Of a stretch of 64,000 bases of DNA, positions 23,978 through 33,891 are shown one piece after another (position 1 is the stretch's first letter; each line of letters opens with the position of its first letter). The stretch comes from an uncultured delta proteobacterium (GTDB taxonomy: Bacteria > Myxococcota_A > Polyangia > Fen-1088). Under the pieces are notes generated by a model that was not told the origin of the DNA, did no database searches, and saw only the letters and a list, made by a program, of their open reading frames with translations. Location: positions 1,600,001 through 1,664,000 of the forward strand of contig CAVYGB010000010.1 of assembly GCA_963767925.1 (NCBI GenBank), read 5' to 3'. A program made the translations under genes and the position numbers.

Positions 23978-24063
23978 GCGCCCGCCGGGTGCCAGAAAAC
24001 GTCGCGCCCGCCGGGCCCAGAAAAACGTCGCGCCCGCCCGGCCCAGAAAAACGTCGCGTCCGC
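23978..24063. repeat. Intergenic 26-bp tandem repeat, ~3.3 copies
   Basis: Unit GCGCCCGCCGGGCCCAGAAAAACGTC starting at 23978, 24004, 24030 and partially at 24056. Confidence 0.85.
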
Positions 24064-24096
24064 AGCGTGCGACGCATAGTGTTCTGTGCTGGGCCA

Positions 24097-25608
24097 ATGT
24101 CGACTCCCGCGCCCGAGCCTGCGATCGATCAGCTCCCGCCGCGCGAGCCGTGGGAGGAGCCGCCGCCGGCCGGCTGGGCCTCACACCTGGGCGGGCTGGG
24201 GCTCGAGCTTCTCGCCCTGGTCGGCGCGGTAGCCGCCGCGCTCGGGGCCTGGCGGCTGTCGGGTCTCGCCCGGCGCCTGGGCGCCGAGTCGGCGGGGCCG
24301 GCCGGGCAGGCGCCGGCCAGGGCGCTGCTCGTCCTGATCTGGGTGCTGGCCGGCGCGCTTGTCGTCTCGCTGATCGTGTTCGTCTGGCGGCGCATCGGCG
24401 GCCTGGCCTTCATCGGGGCGATGTTGACCGACCACGGCCGGGTGGCCCGCTTCGGGGGGCGGCCGCCGATCTGGCTGGATCACCCGCCCGGAGACGGGCT
24501 GCGCCTGGCCCACCTGTCCGATCTCCACGTCACCGAGAGCGACAGGGTGCGCATGGTCGAGCGCCCCATCCCCGGCGGCAACCGGCCGCTGGCCCGCCTG
24601 CTCCTCGATCCGGGGGAGCTCTCCCGCTCCGACCTGGTCGTCGTCACCGGCGACGTCACCGACCGGGGCACCGCCGCCTCCTGGCGCCGCTTCCTCGAGC
24701 TGGTGGATCGGGCGGGGCTCAACGACAAGGTCGTGCTGGTGCCGGGCAACCACGACCTGGCCTTCATCGACCCCTGGCACGGCGTGTTCGCCCGCGGCGG
24801 CCACTGGCGGCGGAACGACCGCTTCGGCATCGTCCAGCTCGCCAACCTGGTCAAGTTCTGCGAGGCCTTCGCCGCCACCGGCGGCGGCCGGCGGGGCTCC
24901 GTGCTCCGGGAGGGCGAGCCGGCGCGGTTCCTCGAGGCCTGGCTGGACGTCGAGCAGTCGGTGCGGCCGCTGGTGGCGGCGCTGCCCCGGCTGGAGGTGC
25001 CCCGGCTGCGGTTGGGCCGCGGCTGGACCGCCTCCCGCCGGGCGCTGCGCGCCTACCGGGCGCGCATCACCGCCGCGCGCGAGCGCCTGCTGGCCCTGTT
25101 CCCGGTGGCCGTCCCCGTGCCCGACCGGGAGGGGGTGCTGTTCGTGCTGAACTCCTGCACCCCCGTGTGCCGCCACCCCTCGACAAACGGGCTGGGCTGG
25201 GTCGGGCGCCAGCAGTACCGCCGGCTGGATCGGCTGGCGGTTTTTTTTCCCCAGCCGGTCAAGCTGCTGGCCCTGCACCACCACGTCGTCCGCCGGGTGG
25301 AGGAGCGGGCCCACGATCTCGTCACCCGCATCGTCGCCAAGTTCACCGTGCTGGGGGACGCCCGGCCGCTGGTGCGGTTCTGCCGCAAATACGGGGTGCG
25401 GGCGGTCCTCAACGGGCACCGCCACCTCTCGTACCAGCTCCGCCTGCCCAACGGCACCGTCCTGATGGCCGCCCCCTCCTCGACCCTGGGCGACGAGCTG
25501 TCCCACGACCCCCGCCCCCAGTTCGTCCGCTACGACGTCGGCAAGACCATCGACGCGCCCACCGTCGGCATCTACCACCAGGTGGTGCGCGTGGCGCCGA
25601 CGCGCTAG
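24097..25608 (+). CDS. Membrane-anchored calcineurin-like metallophosphoesterase
   Basis: Two N-terminal TM segments, then HLSDLH, VTGDVTD, PGNHD, ALHHH, LNGHRH. Confidence 0.88.
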   Translation: MSTPAPEPAIDQLPPREPWEEPPPAGWASHLGGLGLELLALVGAVAAALGAWRLSGLARRLGAESAGPAGQAPARALLVLIWVLAGALVVSLIVFVWRRIGGLAFIGAMLTDHGRVARFGGRPPIWLDHPPGDGLRLAHLSDLHVTESDRVRMVERPIPGGNRPLARLLLDPGELSRSDLVVVTGDVTDRGTAASWRRFLELVDRAGLNDKVVLVPGNHDLAFIDPWHGVFARGGHWRRNDRFGIVQLANLVKFCEAFAATGGGRRGSVLREGEPARFLEAWLDVEQSVRPLVAALPRLEVPRLRLGRGWTASRRALRAYRARITAARERLLALFPVAVPVPDREGVLFVLNSCTPVCRHPSTNGLGWVGRQQYRRLDRLAVFFPQPVKLLALHHHVVRRVEERAHDLVTRIVAKFTVLGDARPLVRFCRKYGVRAVLNGHRHLSYQLRLPNGTVLMAAPSSTLGDELSHDPRPQFVRYDVGKTIDAPTVGIYHQVVRVAPTR

Positions 25609-25700
25609 CTTGTTCGCGTCTCCCGCGAGTCTCCTTCCACCCACACCGCGCCCCCGCCGGCTTCAGTTGGCCGGCAGCGGCGCCGATAGGTCCCGTCGAT

Positions 25701-26804
25701 ATGTCCAGGTCCCGTGCGCAGAGCTGCCTGATGCTGGCTGCCGCGCTCCTCCTCAGCGCCAGCGCGGAGGGTGCGCCCAAGAAGAAGAAGCCCCGTCCGG
25801 GCGACACCCCCGCCGCGGACGGCGGCATGATCGCGGGCGAGGTCGCCCGGATGACCTGCCGGGCGCCCGACGAGATCGCCGCCGAGCAGGAGCTGGTGAT
25901 CGAGTGCGACGCCGAGGAATGGCTGGAGGGGGCCCGCATCGAGCTCAACTACCGGTCCTCTGGCAAGGAGGGCTTCACCGCGGTGACGATGGAGGCGGTG
26001 CCGAAGGGCCCCCTGCGCGGGAAGGTCCCGGCGGCCGACGTGCGGCCCCCCTACGTCCACTACTACATCCAGGCAGCGATCCCCGAGGCCGGGGTGGTGG
26101 CCGCCACCGGCAAACACGACACGCCCAGCGTGGTGCAGGTGCAGGCCCCGCCCCCACCGCCCGCCCCCTTCGCCAGCACCGCCTTCGGCGATCCCAACGG
26201 GACGGTCACCCAGTCGGCGGCTGCCCGGCTGGCCTCGTTCGCCACCGGCGGGCCGCGGGCCCCCGGCTCGTTCTGGGTGGGGCTTACGCTGGGGTCCGGC
26301 TACGGCTGGTCCTCGCGCTCCCGGCTGGAATACCGCAGCGACCTCGAGGCGGGCGCCGGCTTCGGGCCGGCCGGCCTGGGGCACCTGTCGCCCGAGGTGG
26401 GGTATCAGATCACGCCGAACATCGCGGTGGCGCTGGCCGGGCGGCACCAGTTCATCTCCGGGGGCGGCGGCGAGCCGGCCTATCCCGGTCAGCCCGCGCG
26501 CTGGGCCCACTCGGTGCTCGCCCGCGGCCTGTACGTCGTCGACTGGGGCCCCTTCGGCGTGCACGGCGCCTTCCAGGCGGGCGCCGGCGACGGCTTTCGC
26601 TTTCGCTTCGCGCCCGATCCGGTGTCCGGCCGGCCGCGCCACGACACGACCCGGGGCGGGCCCTTCGTGTTCGGGCCCGGTGTGGGGCTGGTCTACCGCT
26701 TGCGCGCGCGTTACGCGCTCGTCGCCGAGAGCGGCCTGCTGTTCGGCGTGCCCGATTTCGCCCTGATGACCGACCTGAACCTGGGCCTCCAGGTAAACCT
26801 GTAA
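25701..26804 (+). CDS. Secreted protein with probable C-terminal outer-membrane beta-barrel
   Basis: Signal peptide from ATG 25701, an Ig-like region (YYIQA), and alternating amphipathic strands ending DLNLGLQVNL. Confidence 0.65.
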   Translation: MSRSRAQSCLMLAAALLLSASAEGAPKKKKPRPGDTPAADGGMIAGEVARMTCRAPDEIAAEQELVIECDAEEWLEGARIELNYRSSGKEGFTAVTMEAVPKGPLRGKVPAADVRPPYVHYYIQAAIPEAGVVAATGKHDTPSVVQVQAPPPPPAPFASTAFGDPNGTVTQSAAARLASFATGGPRAPGSFWVGLTLGSGYGWSSRSRLEYRSDLEAGAGFGPAGLGHLSPEVGYQITPNIAVALAGRHQFISGGGGEPAYPGQPARWAHSVLARGLYVVDWGPFGVHGAFQAGAGDGFRFRFAPDPVSGRPRHDTTRGGPFVFGPGVGLVYRLRARYALVAESGLLFGVPDFALMTDLNLGLQVNL

Positions 26805-26882
26805 TGGTGGTGCGGGCCTGCGCCGGGCCTGTTCAGCGCCCCGTGGCGGGCGCCGATGGGTGTGGGACGAAGGGTGGGCTTC

Positions 26883-29496
26883 ATGGGCGAAACATTGTCC
26901 GCTGGACCCTCGAGGGGTCCCGTGCTTCCCGCGAGGCTCTGCGCTGAGCCAGCTCGTTCGAGCACGGTGCCGGCGCTGCTCGCGCGGCTGGCGGGTCTGG
27001 TGCTGTGTGTGGCGGTCGCGGGTTGCAACACCCGTGACGTGGGCGGAGTCACCTACGATGGCGGTGGCGACGACGGTCCCGCGAACGACGGCCCCGCCCC
27101 CGACGCCTGGATCCTCCCCGACGTGCCGCCGGAGCCCGACGCCATCTCCACCGACGGCGTCCCCGACGCCTGCATCCCGCTGACCTGCACCCCCGTGGGC
27201 CGGCAGTTCTGCGGGCGCATCGGCGACGGCTGCGGCGGCGTGCTGGAGTGTGGCGACTGCGCGAACAGCCTGCGCTGCGGCGCCCATGGCACCGACAACG
27301 TCTGCCCGCCGGCGCCCGGCTCCTGCACCCCCCTCACCTGCGACGCCGCCGGCGGCGGGCGCTACTGCGGCTTCATCGGCGACGGCTGCGGTGGCACCCA
27401 GGACTGCGGCGGCTGCCCCACCGGGGAGACCTGCGCCGGCGCCGGTGTGGCCAACGTGTGCGCGGTGCCGCCGGCCAGCGGCTGCACGCGGCTGACCTGC
27501 AGCGGCGGCGTGAACGGACAGCTCTGCGGCCGGATCGGCGACGGCTGTGGCGGGGCGCTCGACTGCGATGCCCCCTGCCCGACCGGGGAGACCTGCGGCG
27601 GCGCCGGCGTGTCTGGCCTGTGTGGCGAGCCTCCCTCGTCCTGCACGAAGATCGGCTGCAACGCCGGCGGCGGGCGCTACTGCGGCCCCATCGGCGATGG
27701 CTGCGGCGGGCTGCTCGCGTGCGGCGACTGCTCGGGCAGCTTGACCTGCGGCGGCGGCGGGACGACGGGCCTGTGCGGCGCCCCGGTGGGCAACTGCACG
27801 GCCCTGACCTGCACCGTGACGAACGGCCGCTTCTGCGGCACCATCGGCGACGGCTGCAACGGCACCCTCGAGTGCGGCAACTGCCCCACCGGCCAGAGCT
27901 GCGGCGCTGCCGGTCGCGCTGGCGTCTGCGCCCCCACTGCCGGGACCTGCACGCCCATCACCTGCGACCACATGGGGGGCCGTTACTGCGGCACCATCGG
28001 CAACGGCTGCGGCGGCACGCTCGCGTGCGGCACCGCCTGCCCGAGCGGCCAGACCTGCGGCGGCGGGGGCAACGCCGGCGTCTGCGGCGACGGCACGGGC
28101 GGGCCCTGCGAGAACCTCGAGTGCATGCGGGTCACCTGCCCGAACAACGGCAAGACCACCATCAGCGGCACGGTCTACGCGCCCGAGGGGACGCTGCCGC
28201 TCTACAACGCCATCGTCTACATCAACAACAAGCCGGTGGACGCCTTCGACGAGGGCGCGAGCTGCGAGCGCTGCACCGACAAGCTGTCGGGGGATCCCAT
28301 CGCCACCGCCCTGACCGACACCAACGGGCGGTTCGTGCTGGAGAACGTGCCGGTCGGCAGCAACATCCCCCTGGTCATCCAGGTCGGCAAGTGGCGCCGC
28401 CAGCTCACCGTGCCCAGCACCACCGCCTGCATGAACACGCCGGTGGCGGCCAGCCTGACCCGGCTGCCCCGCACCAAGGCGGAGGGCAACATCCCCAAGA
28501 TCGCGCTCGACCACCGGGGGGGCCGACCCGCTCGAGTGCCTGCTGCGCAAGATCGGGATCGCCGACAGCGAGTTCACCACCTCGGCCGACACCGGCCGGG
28601 TACACCTCTATTCCGGCCTCGACGGGACCAGCACCTTCAGTGCCGGCGGCAGACCTGACCAACGCCACCAACCTGTGGAACACGGTCGGCGCCCTCGACA
28701 ACTACGACGTGGTGCTGCTGGCCTGCGAGAGCGGCGGGCAGCGGACCAGCAACAAGTCGGTGGCGGCCCGGCAGGCGCTTGTCGACTACACGGCGCTGGG
28801 TGGACGGGTCTTCATGTCCCACTGGCACAACGTGTGGCTGGAGCAAAGCCCCGTCGCCTCCTGGCGCACCACGGGTACCTGGAACATCGATGCCGCAGAC
28901 CTGGCAATTCCCATCACGGCGACCATCAACCAGACCTTCCCCAAGGGGCTGGCGCTGGCGCAGTGGCTGGTCAACGTCGAGCGGCTCGACCACTCAGGGC
29001 CAGATCTCGATCGTGGAGGCCCAGCACACCGTCGACACGAACAACCCGACGCTCACCCAGGGCTGGATCTCGGCGAACAACGTTCCGGAAATCGACGGCA
29101 CCACGGTGGTCCCGAAGACGTCGCAGTACTTCAGCTTCAACACCCCCATCGACGCGGCCGAGGCCAACCAGTGCGGACGGGTGGTCTACAGCGATATCCA
29201 CGTCTCCTCGGGCGACTTGGTCAACCGCGCCTTCCCGAGCGGCTGCAGAACTGAACGAACTCTCGCCCCAGGAGAAGGTCCTGGTCTACATGTTCTTCGA
29301 CATCGCGGCCTGCATCCGGCCTGACGACGAGCCCCCGATCGTGCTGCCGCCGCCGCCGCCCACGCCGCCGAGCGCGCCTCCGGTGACCCCACCGGCGCCG
29401 CCACCGCCGGCGCCGACGGTACCGCCGGCGCCGCCCCCCGCGCCGCCGCCTCCCGCCCCGGTGCCGCCGCCCAAGCCCCCCATCATCATCAACTGA
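26883..29496 (+). CDS. Myxobacterial Cys-rich repeat lipoprotein with carboxypeptidase-regulatory-like domain and Pro-rich tail (~4 frameshifts)
   Basis: Lipobox VAVAGC, six CGxIG[DN]GCxG repeats, then ISGTVYAP...TDTNGRFVLENVP...IQVGKWRR. Continues across frames to QCGRVVYSDIHVS and LSPQEKVLVYMFFDIAAC. Start uncertain. Confidence 0.75.
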
Positions 29497-29529
29497 CGGG
29501 GAGCCGGGTACGGACGAGCCTCTCCCCGG

Positions 29530-31842
29530 TCAGTTGAAGTACGGGGAGAGGGCCTCGCCGATGCGGATGATGAGGTCCTGGACGATGAGCTGCTCGTCGC
29601 CCATGGCCTGCGCCTGGGCCGCGGTGAGCAGGTCGCGGGCCTCGATGAGCGCCCGGTAGCCGTCGAGGGTCTGCAGCCGCTTGAGGCCGACGACGCTGAC
29701 CCGGCGGGTGGTCGGCGAGCGGACGGTGGGGGTCAAGATGTTGGCCTTGAGCTCCGCGGCGACCGCCGCCGAGAGGGCGGGGTCGATCGGGAAGGGGGCC
29801 AGGAAGATGGCCGGCGGCGGGGCGGTCGCGGCGGCCCCGGCCACCGCGGGGGCCGGCGGGTCGGGGAACAGGCGAAGCACGAGGGAACGGGCCACCAGGT
29901 CGACCCGGCCGGGCTGCATCGACACCGGGACGGCGGCCCGGATGCGCTCGTTGGCGATCTGCCAGGCGGCCATCCGTTGCTCGGGGGTGGGGGCCCCGCG
30001 CACGAAGAACATCAGGCTGGCGGCCGCCCCCTCGACCCGGGCGCGGTCCCGGGCCAGGCCGGTGGTCAGGTAATCCTCCAGGGAGGCCGTGTAGGCGTGC
30101 AGGTGGAAGTCGTTGAGGGGATCGGCCCCGTAGTCCCGCTGGGTGCAGAGCGGATCGGCCGCGCCGCCGCCGTCGGTGCAGAAGGGCTCGGTGGGCAGCG
30201 CCTCCGACAGGTTGTACAGGTAGCGAATGGCGGCCACGTCGAAGAGACCGGGGCGCGGCGAGGCCGCCTTGCCCTCCACGCTCATGTAGTCCATGACCGA
30301 GCTCGAGGGGGGCATCAGCGAGCCCTTGAAGTTGTGGCGCAGGCCGAGGGTGTGGCCGACCTCGTGGGCCGCCGTCTGGGTGACGACCCGCTCGACCTTC
30401 TCCTTGTCCGACAGGGCGGCGATGACCATGCGCTCGCCGGGCGAGTCGGAGGCGGCGGCGTACAGCGGGGCCTCGTCCTCGCACAGCGGCTCGCTCGCCA
30501 TGGCCGCCCAGGCCAGGCGGGGCGGACGGCTCTCGGCCGCGGCCCCCTCGGGGGCGGCCTCGCCCTCGCCGAGCTGATCGCCCGGGAGCGCGTTCAGGGT
30601 CGGCGCGGGCGGCGCGCCGGCCGGCCGCGGACCGAAGATGGCGTGGGCCAGCTCGAACCACTCCGAGCCCATGTAGACGCTGGCCCCCCGGATCTCACCG
30701 GTGTTGGGGTTGGCCCGCCAGTTGGCGAAGGCGCCGGCGCTGGGCTTCTTCTCGTAGATGAAGAAGTTCTTGTCGTCCTCGCCGATGTGGTCGTCGGGGC
30801 CGGCCCGCTCGGCCACGAACACCGGAAAGCCGAACACGTCGTTCCAGCTCTCGATGCCGGCCTTGATGGCCCCGAAGATGTCGAAGCCCTGGTACTGCGG
30901 CGCTCCCGCCTCGAGGCGCTCGGTGCCGGTCACCAGCCAGCGGATGGGCGCCATGCCCCGCTTGATGTTCCACTTGGCCGAGACCTGCTCGATGCGGCCC
31001 TCGTTGGGCACCAGGCGCGGCTGGCTGGCAAAGTAATAACGCACCCGGGGCAGCGGGCGGGCCTGGAAGCCGTCTCCCTCGGCGTAGCGGCGGATGCCCA
31101 CGCTGAGCACGCCGGAGGCGCGGAACAGCGGCGACGGATCGATGAGGTCGGAGTTGGCCAGCGCCCGGTCGGCGTAGCCGGTGAACAGCTTCTCGAAGGT
31201 GACGCCGTCTTCGATGGCCCGGAAGCGCTGCACCACCGCCAGCTCGACAGTGAAGCGGCCGCCGTTGGCCAGCCGGGCCGAGTCGGTCTCGACGCTGAAG
31301 CGGTTGAGGCCGGCCGAGGGGTCGATGAGGACGTAGTCCGAGGCGCCGTCGAGCTTCTCGAAGGCCGGGTAGTCGCTGACGATCGGGAAGGCCTCGATCA
31401 GCAGCTCGGGATCGAACACGTCGCTCGACTGCTTGCGGCTGTCGACGTCGAGGACGTAGAGGCGGCCGTTGGCGATCCGGAAGGTCACCACCCGCACGCC
31501 CAGCGACACGGCGGCGGCGCCGTCGGCGGCCTGCCCGGGCAGGTGCTGCTTCATGTAGGCCGAGAGGAACCACTGCTTCGACAGCTCGGCCCGGCTGACC
31601 GCCAGGTAAAACGAGCGCCCGCCCGCCTCCATCATGCCGGCGGGGGCGTTGCGCAGAGCCTGGGCCATCTCCAGGCTGCCGCTGCCGCCGTCGCGATAGA
31701 CGGGCACGAAGGGTCGCTTGGCCCGCAGGTCGGAGAGGAGGGCCTGGTCGCCCTTGTCCCCGCAAGCCAGCCCAGCGAGGAGGAAGCCAGCGAGGCCGAG
31801 GGCCAGCAGCGGGCCGGCCGGGCGTGTACGCCTGTGTGTCAT
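29530..31842 (-). CDS. Zinc-dependent metalloprotease lipoprotein (metzincin, DUF4953/EcxA-like)
   Basis: Lipobox LAGLAC, ANPNTGEIRGA, HEVGHTLGLRHNFKGS, Met-turn SSVMDY. Confidence 0.88.
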   Translation of the reverse strand: MTHRRTRPAGPLLALGLAGFLLAGLACGDKGDQALLSDLRAKRPFVPVYRDGGSGSLEMAQALRNAPAGMMEAGGRSFYLAVSRAELSKQWFLSAYMKQHLPGQAADGAAAVSLGVRVVTFRIANGRLYVLDVDSRKQSSDVFDPELLIEAFPIVSDYPAFEKLDGASDYVLIDPSAGLNRFSVETDSARLANGGRFTVELAVVQRFRAIEDGVTFEKLFTGYADRALANSDLIDPSPLFRASGVLSVGIRRYAEGDGFQARPLPRVRYYFASQPRLVPNEGRIEQVSAKWNIKRGMAPIRWLVTGTERLEAGAPQYQGFDIFGAIKAGIESWNDVFGFPVFVAERAGPDDHIGEDDKNFFIYEKKPSAGAFANWRANPNTGEIRGASVYMGSEWFELAHAIFGPRPAGAPPAPTLNALPGDQLGEGEAAPEGAAAESRPPRLAWAAMASEPLCEDEAPLYAAASDSPGERMVIAALSDKEKVERVVTQTAAHEVGHTLGLRHNFKGSLMPPSSSVMDYMSVEGKAASPRPGLFDVAAIRYLYNLSEALPTEPFCTDGGGAADPLCTQRDYGADPLNDFHLHAYTASLEDYLTTGLARDRARVEGAAASLMFFVRGAPTPEQRMAAWQIANERIRAAVPVSMQPGRVDLVARSLVLRLFPDPPAPAVAGAAATAPPPAIFLAPFPIDPALSAAVAAELKANILTPTVRSPTTRRVSVVGLKRLQTLDGYRALIEARDLLTAAQAQAMGDEQLIVQDLIIRIGEALSPYFN

Positions 31843-32070
31843 CGGGTACTCCAGAGCGCTATGTTGCACCCGGCTTGCTTATCGCGGGGGCCCCGGGCAT
31901 ACAAGGGTTGCCCCTGGGCTCACCCCGTCACGTTTTGCGACCGGACAACACAGCGCTCGCCAGTCGGCTTCGGACGCGCGGTTGTACAACACCTCCGGCG
32001 CCAGCCTTGCGGTTTCAACCCGGCAAGCCGGGTATAAAGTTCCATTACAGCGAGTTACGTAAGGGAGCCT

Positions 32071-32445
32071 ATGAAGTCAGAAGAGTGCGTTCTGGTCGTG
32101 GACGACGACGACGGGATCCGGGAGGCCCTCGTCGAGCTGCTGGCCGACGCCGGGCACCCCGCGGTGAGCGTCGCCAACGGTCAGGCCGCCCTCGACTACC
32201 TGCGCAGCTCGCGCCAGCGGCCCTGCCTGATCCTGCTCGACCTGATGATGCCGATCATGGACGGCGAGACCTTCCGCCGGCTGCAGCTCGCCGATCCCAA
32301 CCTGCGCGGCATCCCGGTGGTCGTGTTGACGGCGGCGGGGCGGGAGGCGGCGGCACGGGTGCCGGCCGACGGGATCTTGCTCAAGCCGGTGACGCTGGAC
32401 GACACCCTGGCAGCGATCGAGCGGCATTGCCCCTGCGCGGCTTAG
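32071..32445 (+). CDS. Single-domain response regulator (receiver)
   Basis: VLVVDDD, LILLDLMMPIMDG, IPVVVLT, LLKP. Confidence 0.92.
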   Translation: MKSEECVLVVDDDDGIREALVELLADAGHPAVSVANGQAALDYLRSSRQRPCLILLDLMMPIMDGETFRRLQLADPNLRGIPVVVLTAAGREAAARVPADGILLKPVTLDDTLAAIERHCPCAA

Positions 32446-32485
32446 GGCGCTGAGCCCACCCGCGCAACAACCGGAGCCCCTCCGG

Positions 32486-33874
32486 CTACTGCATCATGGG
32501 GCGGGCGTCGACTTCGTTCTGGGGGATGGGGAACTTGTCGTGGATGCGGTGGGCGGGGAGGTCGGCGGTGGCGGTGGGGCGGTCGTTGGGGAGCTGGTCG
32601 AGGCGGTTGTGGCGGCGCATGTCGAGCCAGCGGTGCCCCCCCTCGAAGAGCAGCGAATAGAAGCGCTGCTTGAGGATCTCGTCGAGGACGTTGACCATCG
32701 TGAGATCGGTGCGGGGGGCGAGCCCGCCCGACTGCACGCGGATGAAGTTGAGGTCGGCGGTCGCCTGGGTGAGGTTCCCCATGGCGGCGCTGGCCTCGGC
32801 CCGCAGCAGGATCAGCTCCTCGTTGCGGATGATGGCGATCTTGGCGGCCGGCGTGTTGTAGAGGGTGAAGGCCTCGTTGGAGGTCAGGCCCCGCACCGTC
32901 TGGGACTCCTCCAGCACGACGACCTTGCGCGCCACCCGCAGGTCGACCCCGCCGTTGGCCTGCATCTCGGCCCCGGCCCGCACCGAGGGGTGGACGAACA
33001 GGTTGGGGTCGTTGAGGGGGTTGATCTGGTCGCCCGGGCCGATGCCGTAGGCGTGGAAGATCCCCCGGTCCAGGTTGGGCGCCATCACATCGGCGCTGAG
33101 GAACGACTCGCCGAGCGCGACGAGCGCGCCCGCGTTGTCCCCGGTGTAGACGTCGACCCGGGCCTTGAGGGCCCGGTTGGCCTGCAGGAAGGTCGCCGGC
33201 GTGTCGAACCCGGCGTAGCCGCTACCCAGCGAGAAGGGGAAGGCCATCCCACCCGCCAGCAGGTGGGTCTTGGCCTCGTCGAGCAGCCGCTCGATCTCGG
33301 CGAAGATGGCGTCTTTCCCGAGGATGGGATCGAGGGCCCGCAGGTCGGTGCTCACCTGGATGACGCCGCCGTTCGTGTCGTGGGTGTTGATCACCTCGAG
33401 GTACTGCGTCGCCATGATGGTCTTGGTGAAGCCGCGGGCCGCCTCCTTCTGGGCGTCCTCCAGCCCCACCACGGCGTCGATGGCCTTCAGCAAGATGTTG
33501 CCGTTGCGGATGTTCTTGTAGGGGTTCTCCCAGAAGTTGCCGCCGTACACCCGGTTGCCCGGGTTGAGGCTGCCCTCGAGCATCTCGGTGATGAAGCGGG
33601 GGTCGGATCCGTCGAAGTTGTACGACTCCCGGCCGAGGATGCCGAGGTGGGACACGTAGCCGTTGGTGGCTCCGATGTCCGTGCGGGCCTCGACCAGCAT
33701 GCCGGTGGCGGCGGCCGCGATGCTGGACGGGGTGGGGTTGTTCTGGAACTCGTCGAGCCCCGGATCGTTCAGGTCGGGAACGTCGAGGCTGCCACAGGCA
33801 GCCAGACCCGACCCGGTTACCAGGGCGGCCAGGACCGCTACCCGAGGCATCCGGACATGGTTGCGCGTGTTCAT
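32486..33874 (-). CDS. RagB/SusD family outer-membrane nutrient-binding lipoprotein
   Basis: Lipobox LAAC, ALKARV, IIRNEELILLRAEA, DLNFIRVQSG, SLLFEGGHRWLDMRR, FPIPQNE. Start at ATG 33874. Confidence 0.9.
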   Translation of the reverse strand: MNTRNHVRMPRVAVLAALVTGSGLAACGSLDVPDLNDPGLDEFQNNPTPSSIAAAATGMLVEARTDIGATNGYVSHLGILGRESYNFDGSDPRFITEMLEGSLNPGNRVYGGNFWENPYKNIRNGNILLKAIDAVVGLEDAQKEAARGFTKTIMATQYLEVINTHDTNGGVIQVSTDLRALDPILGKDAIFAEIERLLDEAKTHLLAGGMAFPFSLGSGYAGFDTPATFLQANRALKARVDVYTGDNAGALVALGESFLSADVMAPNLDRGIFHAYGIGPGDQINPLNDPNLFVHPSVRAGAEMQANGGVDLRVARKVVVLEESQTVRGLTSNEAFTLYNTPAAKIAIIRNEELILLRAEASAAMGNLTQATADLNFIRVQSGGLAPRTDLTMVNVLDEILKQRFYSLLFEGGHRWLDMRRHNRLDQLPNDRPTATADLPAHRIHDKFPIPQNEVDARPMMQ

Positions 33875-33891
33875 GTACCTGTCTCCTCGCC

